From the human T2T-CHM13v2.0 reference genome, Homo sapiens, in assembly GCF_009914755.1 (NCBI RefSeq), contig NC_060932.1: a stretch of DNA of 64,000 bases. One strand, 5' to 3'. Under the pieces are notes generated by a model. The model searched no databases. It was not told the origin of the DNA and saw only the letters and a program-made list of their open reading frames with translations. Both the position numbers and the translations under genes were made by a program. Each line of letters opens with the position of its first letter. Within the stretch, counting starts at the first letter, position 1. Shown here piece after piece: positions 40,515 through 53,186 of the stretch.

Positions 40515-40706
40515 ATACCCCAGAAATTTATCCTTAAAAACTCTGTTCTTCGAATGTGTGGGGAGACTGATATGAGTAATAATAAAACTCCAGTCTCCCA
40601 CACAGCCGGCTCTGTGTGAATTACTCTTTCTCTATTGCAATTCCCCTGTCTTGATAAATCAGCTCTGTCTAGCCAGTGGGCAAGGTGAACCCATTGGGTG
40701 GTTACA
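40515..40706 (+). mobile_element. LTR8 3' fragment
   Basis: gagtaataataaaactccagtctcccacacagccggctctg...gggcaaggtgaacccattgggtggttaca. Confidence 0.8.
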
Positions 40707-41042
40707 GGATTTGTTCTGTGACACTCTCTTTGGTACCCCCAGTATTAGTCTAGGGTAAGAATGAACTTCAAACTACAATTTAGACTCTGCTTCTTAGTTG
40801 GAAGTCTGCAGGGCCAGATGGAGACCACCATACAATTGGTCAGAAAAAGATAAGCCAAGGGTGCATGTGAAGCAAGAGAGAGATTTAAAAAAAAATCCCC
40901 CTTCAAAATGAGCCTGTTATGCAACAAAACCAAAGACATTTAATAAAATAGCCAACAGACCCAAAAACTCAGAATAGGAATTTGCTCTAGATGAAATTTA
41001 CTTCCTGGAGCAGTATGAAAATGACTTTAAAATAAGGATGTT

Positions 41043-41112
41043 ATGTAACTAACCTGCACATTGCGCACATGTACCCTAAAACTTAAAGTATAATAATAAT
41101 AAATAAATAAAT
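41043..41112 (+). mobile_element. 70-bp young L1 (L1PA2-4 type) 3' end
   Basis: atgtaactaacctgcacattgcgcacatgtaccctaaaacttaaagtataat + (TAAA)n; TSD aaaataaggatgtt/aaaataaggaagtt. Confidence 0.9.
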
Positions 41113-41269
41113 AAAATAAGGAAGTTTATGATGTTCAAAAGAGATAAGCAAAGACAAATTTGCATTAAAAATAACATATAATTGCTTTTAAGAACAGCAA
41201 AGAAGGATATGAAAATTAAGTCTTAACATTAAAATGTTTTTGTAATAAATTTAGATGTTAATAGACCAA

Positions 41270-41515
41270 TGTTAGTAATAGTTAATATTTTTTATGCCAA
41301 GAACTATTTTCCATGCTTCATATATATATTGGCTCTCTTAAGATTCATAAACACTAGGAGTTAACTATATTATTCCCATTTTACACATGAGGAAACTGAG
41401 ATCCAGAGAAGCCAGTAACTTTCCAAGCCCAATAGATAATGAATAGAAGTGGAATTTGAATCTAGACAAGCTGGTAGCAGAGCTCTTAGCTTTAAAATAA
41501 CATCCTAATGCTGCC
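41270..41515 (-). mobile_element. MIR
   Basis: attattcccattttacacatgaggaaactgagatccagaga. Confidence 0.8.
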
Positions 41516-41519
41516 TATG

Positions 41520-42900
41520 CTTAAGTCTTGAATGAACAGTTGAAGAGAGAATTTGTGAAATGGAAGATTAGAGAAGTGAAATAAATCTAAACTGAAGATG
41601 GCACAGAAAGACAAAGAAATAAACAAGTAAATAGCAGCTCTAAGACACTTTGAAAGGCATTCATTTCCAACACTGGACTATCAGGAGCTCTGGCAGGACA
41701 GAATGAAAGAAATGATGGAGAGGCAGTATTTGAAGAATTAGTTAATGAGAATTTCCCAAAATTAAATAAATATGTGAATTTTCAGATCGAAGGTGCTCAG
41801 GACTGGGCAGGATAAAACGTAGAGCATTAGAGATAAAGAGAATCTTAAACACTCTTTAAATAAAGGGTAAATTACCCACAAAGAATTGAATGTAGAGCAT
41901 ACTTACCTACAATAGATGACAATAGAGTAATATTTTACAGTGTTAAGGGAAAATAATAGTAAACAGGATGTGCGCCCAGCAAATGTATCACCAGAGTGAA
42001 GGCAAAATAAAGGTATTCTCAGATATAAGATGCAGAAGTAATAAAGAGAATTCATCAGCTAATCACAAGTGTTCTAAGAAGGAAACAGAGGGAGATTTGA
42101 TGACATATGAACAAGGAGAATGCAATAAAGGTAATGGAAGCAGAAATTGGAGTCATGGGGCCACAAGCTAACTAATGCTGGCAGCCACCAGAAATTGGAA
42201 GACGCCAGGGAGAATTCTTCCCTAGGGCCTCTATAGGGAGTTCAGCCCTGCCTGCATCTTGATTTTGGACTTCTAGCCTCTAGAACTGTGAGAAAATACA
42301 TTTCTTTTGTTTTAAGCCACAAAGTTTATGCTAATTTGTTATGGCAGCCAGAGAAAACTAATACACCTCCTAAATTACAAACAAAAACAACAAAACAAAG
42401 CTTGAAAACAAACAACAAAAATAGAAATATTTCTATAGCTTTGAAAGAGCAGAGGTAAAAAGAAGTCCATGCATAATAGCAACAAATATGATAATGGACA
42501 AGTGAATAAAGCTAACAGATAAACAAGTATGAAAGACCTCAGTGGAGAAAAATCCAAACTACCATTAAAATAAATAATAGAAGACAGACCTGAGCTTTTT
42601 ATTAAATAAATATAAAACGAAAAATATAATAAAAACTCAGTTCAAGACAGTGGTTACCTCTAAAGAAGGAAAAAGAGGAGGAAGTGAGAAAGATGGAATC
42701 AGGCCTTGACTGCATTTCTAATGTTTTATATCCTTTAAAAAAATCTGAAAATATCTGAAGCAAATATGGCAAAATATTAAGGGTCCTTTGAGTTCAGTGG
42801 TGGATATATGAATATTACATTATTCTCTGTTCTTATTTTTATATTTGCAATATTTAACAATAAAAATCTAAAAGAATAAAAGCAAAAATAAGTAAAATAA
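41520..42900 (+). mobile_element. Ancient L1M ORF1 and 3'UTR remnants, with an MLT1 LTR 3' part at about 42075-42365
   Basis: gagaatttcccaaaattaaataaa; gagtgaaggcaaaataaaggtattctcag; MLT1 ctctagaactgtgagaaaatacattt...gaaaactaataca. Confidence 0.6.
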
Positions 42901-43436
42901 AGTGGGTCCCTTTCATAGCAAAGCGGAAAGAGTGTTCAAAAGATAGGCTTATCTCTTGCAGCTTGATTTCATTTTTTTCTAAGAGGCCTTGGAAGCTGTT
43001 GACATAAATAGGTTTACATTATTTTGACATCATCAAGGGCACTGGAATCTGGGCAGTGACTTCTAATGGAATTTGGCAAAGGCAGAACAATCATCTCTAA
43101 GCATGAGGGGAGGTGGAGATGCCAGAGTTGAGATATCATGTGTTCTCCTTTTACTTTGAAAGGGATTCAAAAACATAACTTAAATACTTTCAACAACTGT
43201 TTGTTGTTGTTGTGAGGTTTTTTTAACGCACTTCTTTTCAGATAACGTGGAAGGGATAGAGGCATTACGTGGACTGTGTAGTGACTGGAACCAGATGTGT
43301 GAGAAAGGAGAAATTGACTCAAACCAATGAGAGGTTGTATGACACGGCAGGACAATCTGGACCAGAATCAGGAAACTTAGTTCGAGTTTTAGCTAACTAG
43401 CTGCAAGGCATCTACAACTTTCTTTTTTTAAAAAAA

Positions 43437-43737
43437 TTGTTTCATTTCTTTTTTTGAGACAGGGTCTCACTCTGTCACCCAGGCTGGAGTACAGTGGCAC
43501 AATCACGGCCCACCACAGCCTCTATCTCCTGGGCTCAGGTGATCCTCCCACCTCAGGTTGCTAAGTAGCTAGGACTACAGACACCCACCACCATGCCCAG
43601 CTAATTTTTGTATTTTTTGTAGAGACGGGGTTTAGCCATGTTGCAGAGGCTGGTCTCGAACTCCCAGGCTCAAGCAATCCATCTGCCTCAGCCCCACAAA
43701 GTGTTAGGATTACAGGCGTGAGCCACGGCACCCAGCC
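43437..43737 (-). mobile_element. AluJ
   Basis: Dimer; degenerate TSD atctacaact/atctacaatt. Confidence 0.92.
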
Positions 43738-43985
43738 AGTATCTACAATTTGTATCAACTCTCTTGGGTTTTCCCTTACCTATAAAATGAGGAAATAAGT
43801 TTAAATAATGACTGAGGTCACTGTGGGCATTAACATGCTATCACTAGCCCTTAGTGTGCCTTTTATACTTTAAATAAAACCACCTAAAAATACCTTATTT
43901 TTCTTGTTCCTAGGGCTCTTCAGTGATGAACGAAAAGTGAGGAGACTAGATCCTGAGACCGAATCACACTGTTTCTGCTTTTTAA

Positions 43986-44306
<321 letters not shown>

Positions 44307-44413
44307 GTCAATTTTTATTTTCATTGAGAGAATAAAAGTACATAAAAATTTCCCGGGATGACAACCTTCCATTCCTGAAAATTTGATCTCGTGACTTTTT
44401 TTTTTTATGAAGT

Positions 44414-44613
44414 TTTTTTTTTTTTTTAACTTTTATTTTAAGTTCAGAGGTACATGTGCAGGTTCGTTAGACAGGTAAATTGTGTGTCGCGGGGGTTTGG
44501 TGTGCAGATTTCATCACCCCAGTTAATAAGCCTAGTACTGATATGTAGTTTTTTAATCCTCTCCCTCCTCCCACTCTCCACCCTCAAGTAGGCGTCAGTG
44601 TCTGTTGTTCCTT
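44414..44613 (-). mobile_element. Old L1PA (about L1PA15/16) 3' end
   Basis: ttttaagttcagaggtacatgtgcagg...ctccaccctcaagtagg. Confidence 0.85.
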
Positions 44614-44971
44614 TCATTATACAAAGTATTTTTGATATTTTAAAATTACATTAAGAAAAATCTCTAATACTTCTACCTAGAGATGAAAACATCTGAATAA
44701 GTATTATGAAAGAGAACCTGAAGTCATGGTTAGGTTAATAAGTTCAACTGCTTGTTCATGTATTGAGTCTTCACCAGAGGACATAACAGCCTACTGGATG
44801 GCTGTGGCAGAGACCAGTAATGCTCCCTGAATGGCCGCCTTTCCTTCTTCCTGTTGCTAATATAACCACCAGAGTTTTAGCTGGTCTGAATTATCAACAC
44901 AGAACACTTTTGGTACCACCTGTGTGGGGATTTTCCCCAAGACAACAACTAAACAATCAATTCAGCAGTGA

Positions 44972-45301
<330 letters not shown>

Positions 45302-45652
45302 CTTTAATTTTACTCAATTCTGACATTGTCTACCTGGACATAGTGTCAGATCTCACAGGTTGAGGGCTCAGTCCCCAAGACTGTCTCCACTTCAAATGCC
45401 AGTTGCAAGTATAGGTTGTGACCTGTGTTTCTGCCCAGTCAGCTCTAAATTGGGGTTCCCATGATCCCCTCCTTGGGTTTGATTCGTTTGTTAGAGCAGC
45501 CCACATAACTCAGGGAAACACTTTACTTGCATTTTCTGTTTGATTTTAGAGGCTATTACTAAGGATACAGATGAATAGCCAGATGGAACAGGTGCATAGA
45601 ACAAGGCATGGGGAAAGGGGCACAGGAGCGTCCATGCCTTCTCCAGTCATAA

Positions 45653-47101
45653 TGAGAGGTGACAGCGTGCTGGCAGCCCTCGCAGCCCTCGCTCACTCTG
45701 GGTGCCTCCTCGGACTTGGCGCCCATTCTGGCCATGCTTGAGGAGCCCTTCAGCCTGCCGCTGCACCGCGGGAGCCCTTCTCTGGGCTGGTCGAGGCCGG
45801 AGCCGGTTCCCTCAGCTTGCGGGGAGGTGTGGAGGGAGAGGCACGAGTGGGAACTGGGGCTGCACACGATGCTTGTGGGCCAGTGCGAGTTCTGGGTGGG
45901 CGTGGGCTCAGCAGGCCCTGCACTGGGAACTGGGCAGTGAGGGGCTTAGCACCCTGGGCCAGCAGCTGCTGTGCTCGATTTCTCCCGGGGCCTTAGCTGC
46001 CTCCCTGTGGGGCAGGGCTCAGGACCTGCAGTCCGCCATGCCTGAGCCTCCCCCACTCCGCCGTGGGCTCCTGCGCAGCCTGAACCTCCCTGAGCGCCGC
46101 CCCCTGCTCCATGGCACCAGGTCCCATCAACCGCCCAAGGGCTGAGGAGTGCATGCACACAGCACGGGACTGGCAGGCAGCTCCACCTGCGGCCCCTGTG
46201 CGAGATCCCCTGGGTGAAGCCAGCTGGGCTCCTGAGTCTGGTGGGGACTTGGAGAACCTTTATGTCTAGCTAAGGGATTGTAAATACATCAATCAGCACT
46301 CTGTGTCTAGCTCAAGGTTTGTAAATACACCAATCAGCACCCTGTATCTAGCTCAAGGTTTGTAAAGACACCAATCAGCGCCCTGTGTCTAGCTCGGTGT
46401 TTGTGGGTGCACCAATCGGCACTCTATATCTAGTTAATCTGGTGGGGACTTGGAGAATCTTTATGTCTAGCTAAGGGATTGTTAATGCACCAATCGGCAC
46501 TCTGTATCTACCTCAAGGTTTGTAAATGCACCAATCAGCACTCTGTGTCTAGCTCAGGGTTTGTAAATACACCAATCCACACTGTGTACCTAGCTAATCT
46601 AGTGGGGACGTGGAGAACTTTTGTGTCTAGCTCAGGGATTGTAAACGCACCAATCAGCACCCTGTCAAAACGGACCAATCAGCTCTCCATAAAACAGACC
46701 AATCGGCTCTCTGTAAAATGGACCAATCAGCAGGATGTGGGTGGGGCCAGATAAGAGAATGAAAGCAGGCTGCCAGAGCCAGCAGAGGCAAACCACTGGG
46801 GTCCTCTTCCACACTGTGGAAGCTTTGTTCTTTTGCTCTTTGCAATAAATCTTGCTGCTGCTCACTCTTTGGGTCCACACTGCCTTTATGAGTGTAACAC
46901 TCACCACGAAGGTCTGCAGCTTCACTCCTGAAGCCAGCGAGACCACGAACCCACCAGAAGGAAGAAACTCCAAACACATCTGAACATCAGAAGGAACAAA
47001 CACCGGACACACTACCTTTAAGAAATGTAACACTCACCGCGAGGGTCCGCAGCTTCATTCTTGAAGTCAGTGAGACCAAGAACCCACCAATTCCGGACAC
47101 A
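45653..47101 (+). mobile_element. LTR12 (C/D/E-type) solo LTR of HERV9
   Basis: tgagaggtgacagcgtgctggcag...gaacccaccaattccggacaca; GC-rich U3, tandem ctagctcaaggtttgtaaa/ccaatc repeats; TSD ataa/gtaa. Confidence 0.96.
46250..46770 (+). promoter_or_regulatory. LTR12 U3 enhancer/promoter: about 10 CCAAT (NF-Y) boxes, GC/GT box, GATA site
   Basis: ccaatc at about 46331, 46371, 46412, 46490, 46531, 46572, 46650, 46675, 46699, 46723; ggtggggcc; agataa 46749-46754. Confidence 0.7.
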
Positions 47102-47999
47102 GTAACACCCTACAGGAACCTCTACATGTTCAGCTATCAGAAACCTCCCAGAACCCAGTCCTTTGGGGTTTTATGGAAGCTTCATTATGTAGGCATGAAT
47201 GATTAAATATTGGCCACTGGGATCAACTTAAACTTCAGCCCCACTTTTTTCCCCAGAGACTGGGAAGGGTGATGCAGGGTGGAGCCAAAAGTCCCAAACC
47301 TCTAATCATGCCTTGGTCTTTCTCCTGATCAGCCACTATCTTGAAGTGATCTAGGGGCTCTCAGTCACCAGTCATCTCATTAGTATACAAGATACCCCAA
47401 ATCCAAGGATTTTAGGAGCTATATGTCAGGAAACAGTGACAAATACCAAATACACACTTCACGATATTACAGCTGGGGAATTGGCTTCCGAGGTATTGAT
47501 TGCTTTTCTCAGCCTCCTTGGTGACTAGATGTGCATGCAAATGAAAGTTACAAGAGCAATTTCCAGATCTCATACTTTGAAAAGAGGGCGTTGCATGCTC
47601 TTAACTTTCTCTTTCCCCTTCCTGCAGGCTGAAATTTCAATGCAGTGCTAGTAAGAGAGCTTTGACTTTGTAAGAATCAATTCTTGAGGATGACAATGAT
47701 GGAGCAATAAGATAGAAGGAGCCTGGGTCCCTGGATGACTTTGTGGAGCAAAAGTCATTTCACCAGGACTGCAGACTGCTCACTTGTAGATTGTTATGTA
47801 AAAGAGAAATTAAAACCTATCTTCTTTGAGCCCCTAAGTTGTGATCTCTCTATTATAGTAGCTTAGTCCCAGCCCTAATTAATACAATGACTGAAAAGGA
47901 GCTTGAATTTTTAGCAGAAGTCCCAAAGGAGATGGGAACCTTTACCAAGGATTTATGCTGCCAGGAAAACCAGAAACAAATACTATAATAGCTTGAATC

Positions 48000-48545
48000 T
48001 AAAGAAGAGGAAACAATCAGGAAAATCCACACAGAAGGACATTCTGTAAAATGATGATCCTGGATCCTTAAAACATGTCAGTATCATGAAAGACAAAAAG
48101 AGGCTGGGATACCAGATTAAAGAAGCCTACAATATCATGACAACTAAATGCAGTGCATGATCCTTGATTGGATCTTGATCTAAACATATATATACATATA
48201 TATGACATTATTGATACAACTGGAGAAATTAGAATATGAAATGCATATTTAATACTAAAACAGTATCAGTGTTACATTTCTTTGAGCATTGTAATTATAT
48301 TATATTGTAGTTACATAGGAGAATGTAGGAAACATATGCTGAAATATTTGGGGTAAAGTGTTTAATGTGTGCAACTTACTCCTAAATATTTCAGCAAACT
48401 AATAATAATAGCAATAATTTGTATACACGGCAAAATATCAACAATTCATAAATCTGGATGGACGAGTGAAGGATATATTGATATTCTTTGTACTATTCTT
48501 ATAATATCTCTGTAGACTTGAAATTTTAAAAAATAAAATGTTGGG
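48000..48545 (+). mobile_element. L1MC/ME-type 3'UTR
   Basis: atgacaactaaatgcagtgcatgatccttgattggatc...; tttgtactattcttataatatctctgtagacttgaaatttt. Confidence 0.75.
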
Positions 48546-48677
48546 AAAAACATAGTAGAAAATACACATGAGTATCTTTCAGATTTTGAGGTAGGAAAAA
48601 TATTCTTAAACAAGACACACAAAAATGACTATGTAAGATTCAATGACTATATAAGAAAAATGACTATATAAGAAAAC

Positions 48678-48807
48678 GATGGTCCTGGATCCTTAAAACA
48701 TGTCACCATCATGAAAGACAAAAAGAGGCTGGGATATTATATTAAAGAAGCCTAAATGATCACGACAACTAAATGCCATGCATGATCCTTGACTGGATCT
48801 TGATCTA

Positions 48808-48870
<63 letters not shown>

Positions 48871-48891
48871 CATTACTGATACAACTGGAGA
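48678..48891 (+). repeat. Local direct duplicate of 48053-48226 containing (AT)29 at 48811-48868
   Basis: About 90% identity by manual alignment outside the microsatellite. Confidence 0.92.
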
Positions 48892-48919
48892 TTTGACCTT
48901 ATCACCCTGGTGACAGATT

Positions 48920-49110
48920 CTTGGGTTCAAATTCTGATACTCTCATTAATCAACTACAGAAAGATCATCATGAACAAGTCATATAGATTCACTAGGCCCC
49001 AGTTTCCTTAGCTTTAAAACTGGGGAAAACAACAGCAACTACTTCCTATGGTTGTTGTGAATAGTACATAAAATAATACACATCAAACAGAGTGGCAAGT
49101 TGGTACCAGT
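48920..49110 (+). mobile_element. MIR
   Basis: tgggttcaaattctg...ggccccagtttccttagctttaaaactgggg. Confidence 0.7.
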
Positions 49111-49668
49111 ACCCAGATGGTGAGAGCTGCTGCTGGTTGAGTGACTGATGGGACTTGGCTGGCCCTTCCCATCTCTCCATCCACATCTATACTGTTATCG
49201 CTTCATGTCTAAGGCTGCAGTTACCATAAGCTTTTTCCTGAATATTCATTCTCTCTCTCACGTTTGCACATGCTACTCCCACTGCATAGAACACTTTTCT
49301 GCAAGGTCTTTTTTTTTTTTTTTACCGAAATGCTACTTATTTTGCACATATCATCTAATAATTTTTTTCTGGGCAGAATCTTCTCTACTCCCCAAACCCA
49401 GCTTAGCTTAGGTGCCCTCCTATGTGCTCACATAGACCTCTCATGGCCAAACACTACTGAAGATTTACTGAATGAATTCCCAGCATGAGTAGACAGCTTC
49501 CTAGATGTACTGACCTGACACAAAAGTGCTCTATGGAGGAGTTTAGAAACTAGCAGAGAATAAGAGTTGCTGGGGATTACCTCCTTTCCTTCTCAGCCTT
49601 ACAACATTCTTTGCACTACAATGATCCTACCTTTTCCACACCCCTACTAGTCCATAGTAGATGGGAAT

Positions 49669-50102
49669 TGTTCTGAGGTAGGCAGGCCAATGAAAACTTA
49701 CCCTTGAATTCCAAAGAAGCTGAGAGGTCAAAGAAAGAGGCTGACAAATCCAGTTTCTTATTTTTTAAAAAACATACACATTTAATTGCTGCAAACAGAA
49801 GCCATGTCTGAGTGCTGGGTGGCTGTGAGTCTAGATGGTGGATCTTGGTGCCATCACCCTCCAAAACCCAGAGCTCATATACCATAGGGAAGGAATATAT
49901 AGCACAATCGTAGGAAAAGGCAAGAATGCTATGTGCATCTGCCTAAGGGCAGGATTTATGGGCAAGATTTACAGTTAGTACATGCTCTTACACAAGGAAC
50001 AGTAGATAAAATAGAAATCTTAGAGGCATTTCTGGAACTGGAGTTAATCAGAAGTCAACATGGTGGGTTAGCAACCAAGAGGGAGTTGCTTTAGCTGTCA
50101 CA
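49669..50102 (-). mobile_element. LTR47-like (ERVL-class) solo LTR
   Basis: Reverse complement starts tgtgacagctaaagcaactccctcttggttgctaacccaccatgttgacttctgattaac; family from memory. Confidence 0.6.
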
Positions 50103-51477
50103 AAACTGTTAAATGGCAATCATGGACAAATCCCCAACATGAATCTTGTTCTCTGGCTTGGAGAAATATCACATTTCAGAAGGCTCTACAGTAGTTTTTA
50201 TGAGTTTGGGTAGGCAGAGCAGGAACTCACAGCTCTGGGATTCAGATCTGTTGGAAAGCTGACAACCACCCAGCACGTGCCATTGTTTTGTCCCTTGTGA
50301 ATCACAAACCCACCTGGCACTTGGCCTGATAATGTCGTATTAATACGAGGTATGAGTATCCACAGCATGCGAGGTTAAGGTGGGATCTGCCTCCCATCAC
50401 TGTAACCTTGACAGGAAGTGGCTTTGAAAATGACCAACTGCCTCTAGAAAAATGTTGGCATGACAGAGTGTTTCCCTCTGGCCACCCCATTCCCTCCATT
50501 GCCCTCCAGCAATGTGTCATAAACATGTTGTCCTTGCTCCCTTTTGAGTGCAGCTGGTGTCATCTCTGTCCAGGTTGCCTTCCAGGGCAGACATCCAAGC
50601 TTCAAGGACTCACAGTCTGTACTGGGACCAACTTGTGGGCAGCTGGGGCACGTGGACTCCTCTGGAGCGGAGTTCTGTTGACCTTGAAGGATTGGCATAT
50701 CGGAGGGGTGTAATGAAACTTGTCTTCTCACAACACATTTGCGAGGTGAACCACAGTGTTAGGCAAGTAAGCCAATCACAGCATCAAAGACAAATGTGTT
50801 GCAGAAGAGAATGTGCACATTAGAGGAGACAGAAGCTACTTATCCAAAATCAACAGAAAATGCCTCATTATATCATCTATCCCTTTATTCTAATTCTTTC
50901 ATCAGGATTGTTGGAGGCAAAAAATTCTTACATATGGTTCAATTCGATAAATGATTAATGAGCAATAACTGTATACCAGTAATGTGTAACATGCTGTAGG
51001 CGTTAAGGAAAAAAAAAAAAAGACAAAGCCAGGTCCATGGTCTGTCTTGAAAAACAGGCCAGCTGCTCCAGTCACAATCCTCCCTTTAGAACGCCGTTGG
51101 CAAAAGCTCACACATGTTTTCTCCCTTCACCTAGAGGTTATCCATTCTTTAATGAATTTAGTTCCCCATATCTGGGCTCTTTCCATCCAGTGTTTTTAAG
51201 CCTTTCTTGAGGTGCATTCTAGAATATATACACAGTCTCTTCGAAGTTTAGACAAAACATACTTTTCTATAAGACGGAGTCATATTTTCTGCATGTTTCT
51301 CTTGGTTTCTAGGCAATACCCAATGGCAGGTTGGCCCTTGTTGACTGTAGGAGCATGTTAGAATGATGTACTCCAGGCTGTACACATTCATTTCTTGGAC
51401 TATATCAGGTATAGTCTAACAGCTTCAAATCTGGTTTGCATTACTTAAGACTAAATGTGATAAAAGTGTATTGACAA

Positions 51478-51796
<319 letters not shown>

Positions 51797-52010
51797 TTAT
51801 ACATAAACACACTGAAGCTCTTAGGCCATTCTCCTGACTACTTAAATCCCTTTATTGAGATACTCTACACCGCATCCCTGTGTCTAAGAACTGTCTACTT
51901 AAAACTCAATAATTCAAAGATAATTCTATTCTTTGATGAATGTCCTGACGAAAGACTTTTTGAAAAAGACAATGCCATGGTGAGAAACTGTAATCAAGAA
52001 ATGTGGTGTA

Positions 52011-52655
<645 letters not shown>

Positions 52656-52870
52656 CTAGGCTATGGTAGGTCCTCAAAAGATGACAGTCATTGATACGAT
52701 TAATAATGGGAAGTTTGGATTTCCTGCCCAAGGATGGTCTAAAACAAAGAACAAAACAAAACAAAACAAAACAAAACAACAACTCCAGCAAATCAAGAAT
52801 TCTCATTAATGTTTCCTGAGACTGTCTACAAGACCTTATGCATATTAACCTGAGAACATCTAGATAAAGC

Positions 52871-53186
52871 TTTTTATTTTATTTTACTTTTATTTACTTG
52901 TTGGAGACAGAGTCTTCCTCTGTTGCCCAGGCTGGAATGCAGTGTGTGCAATCTCGGCTAACTGCAACCTCCGCCCCCCAGGTTCAAGTGATTCTCGGGC
53001 CTCAGCCTCCTGAGTAGCTGGGACTACAGGTGCCTGCCACCGTGCCTGGCCAATGTTTTGTATTCTAGTAGAGATGAGGTCTCACCGTGTTGCACAGGGT
53101 GTTCTCGAACTCCTGAGCTCAGGCAATCCACTTGCCTTGGTCTCCCAAAGTGCTAGGATTACAGGCATAAGCCACCATGCCCGGCC
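52871..53186 (-). mobile_element. AluS
   Basis: Dimer; degenerate TSD tagataaagctttt/tagatacagcctttt. Confidence 0.92.

Noticed and set aside
45653-46250. GC/CpG-rich stretch with 93-147 aa ORFs, suggesting a gene promoter or first exon
   Set aside because: Entirely LTR12 U3; the ORFs result from high GC content.
46250-46730. Regularly spaced ~41-bp repeats resembling a CRISPR array
   Set aside because: These are LTR12 U3 tandem repeats with no unique spacers, in a eukaryotic context.
50341-50348. TAATACGA resembling the T7 promoter (vector contamination)
   Set aside because: Match stops after 8 nt; no other vector sequence.
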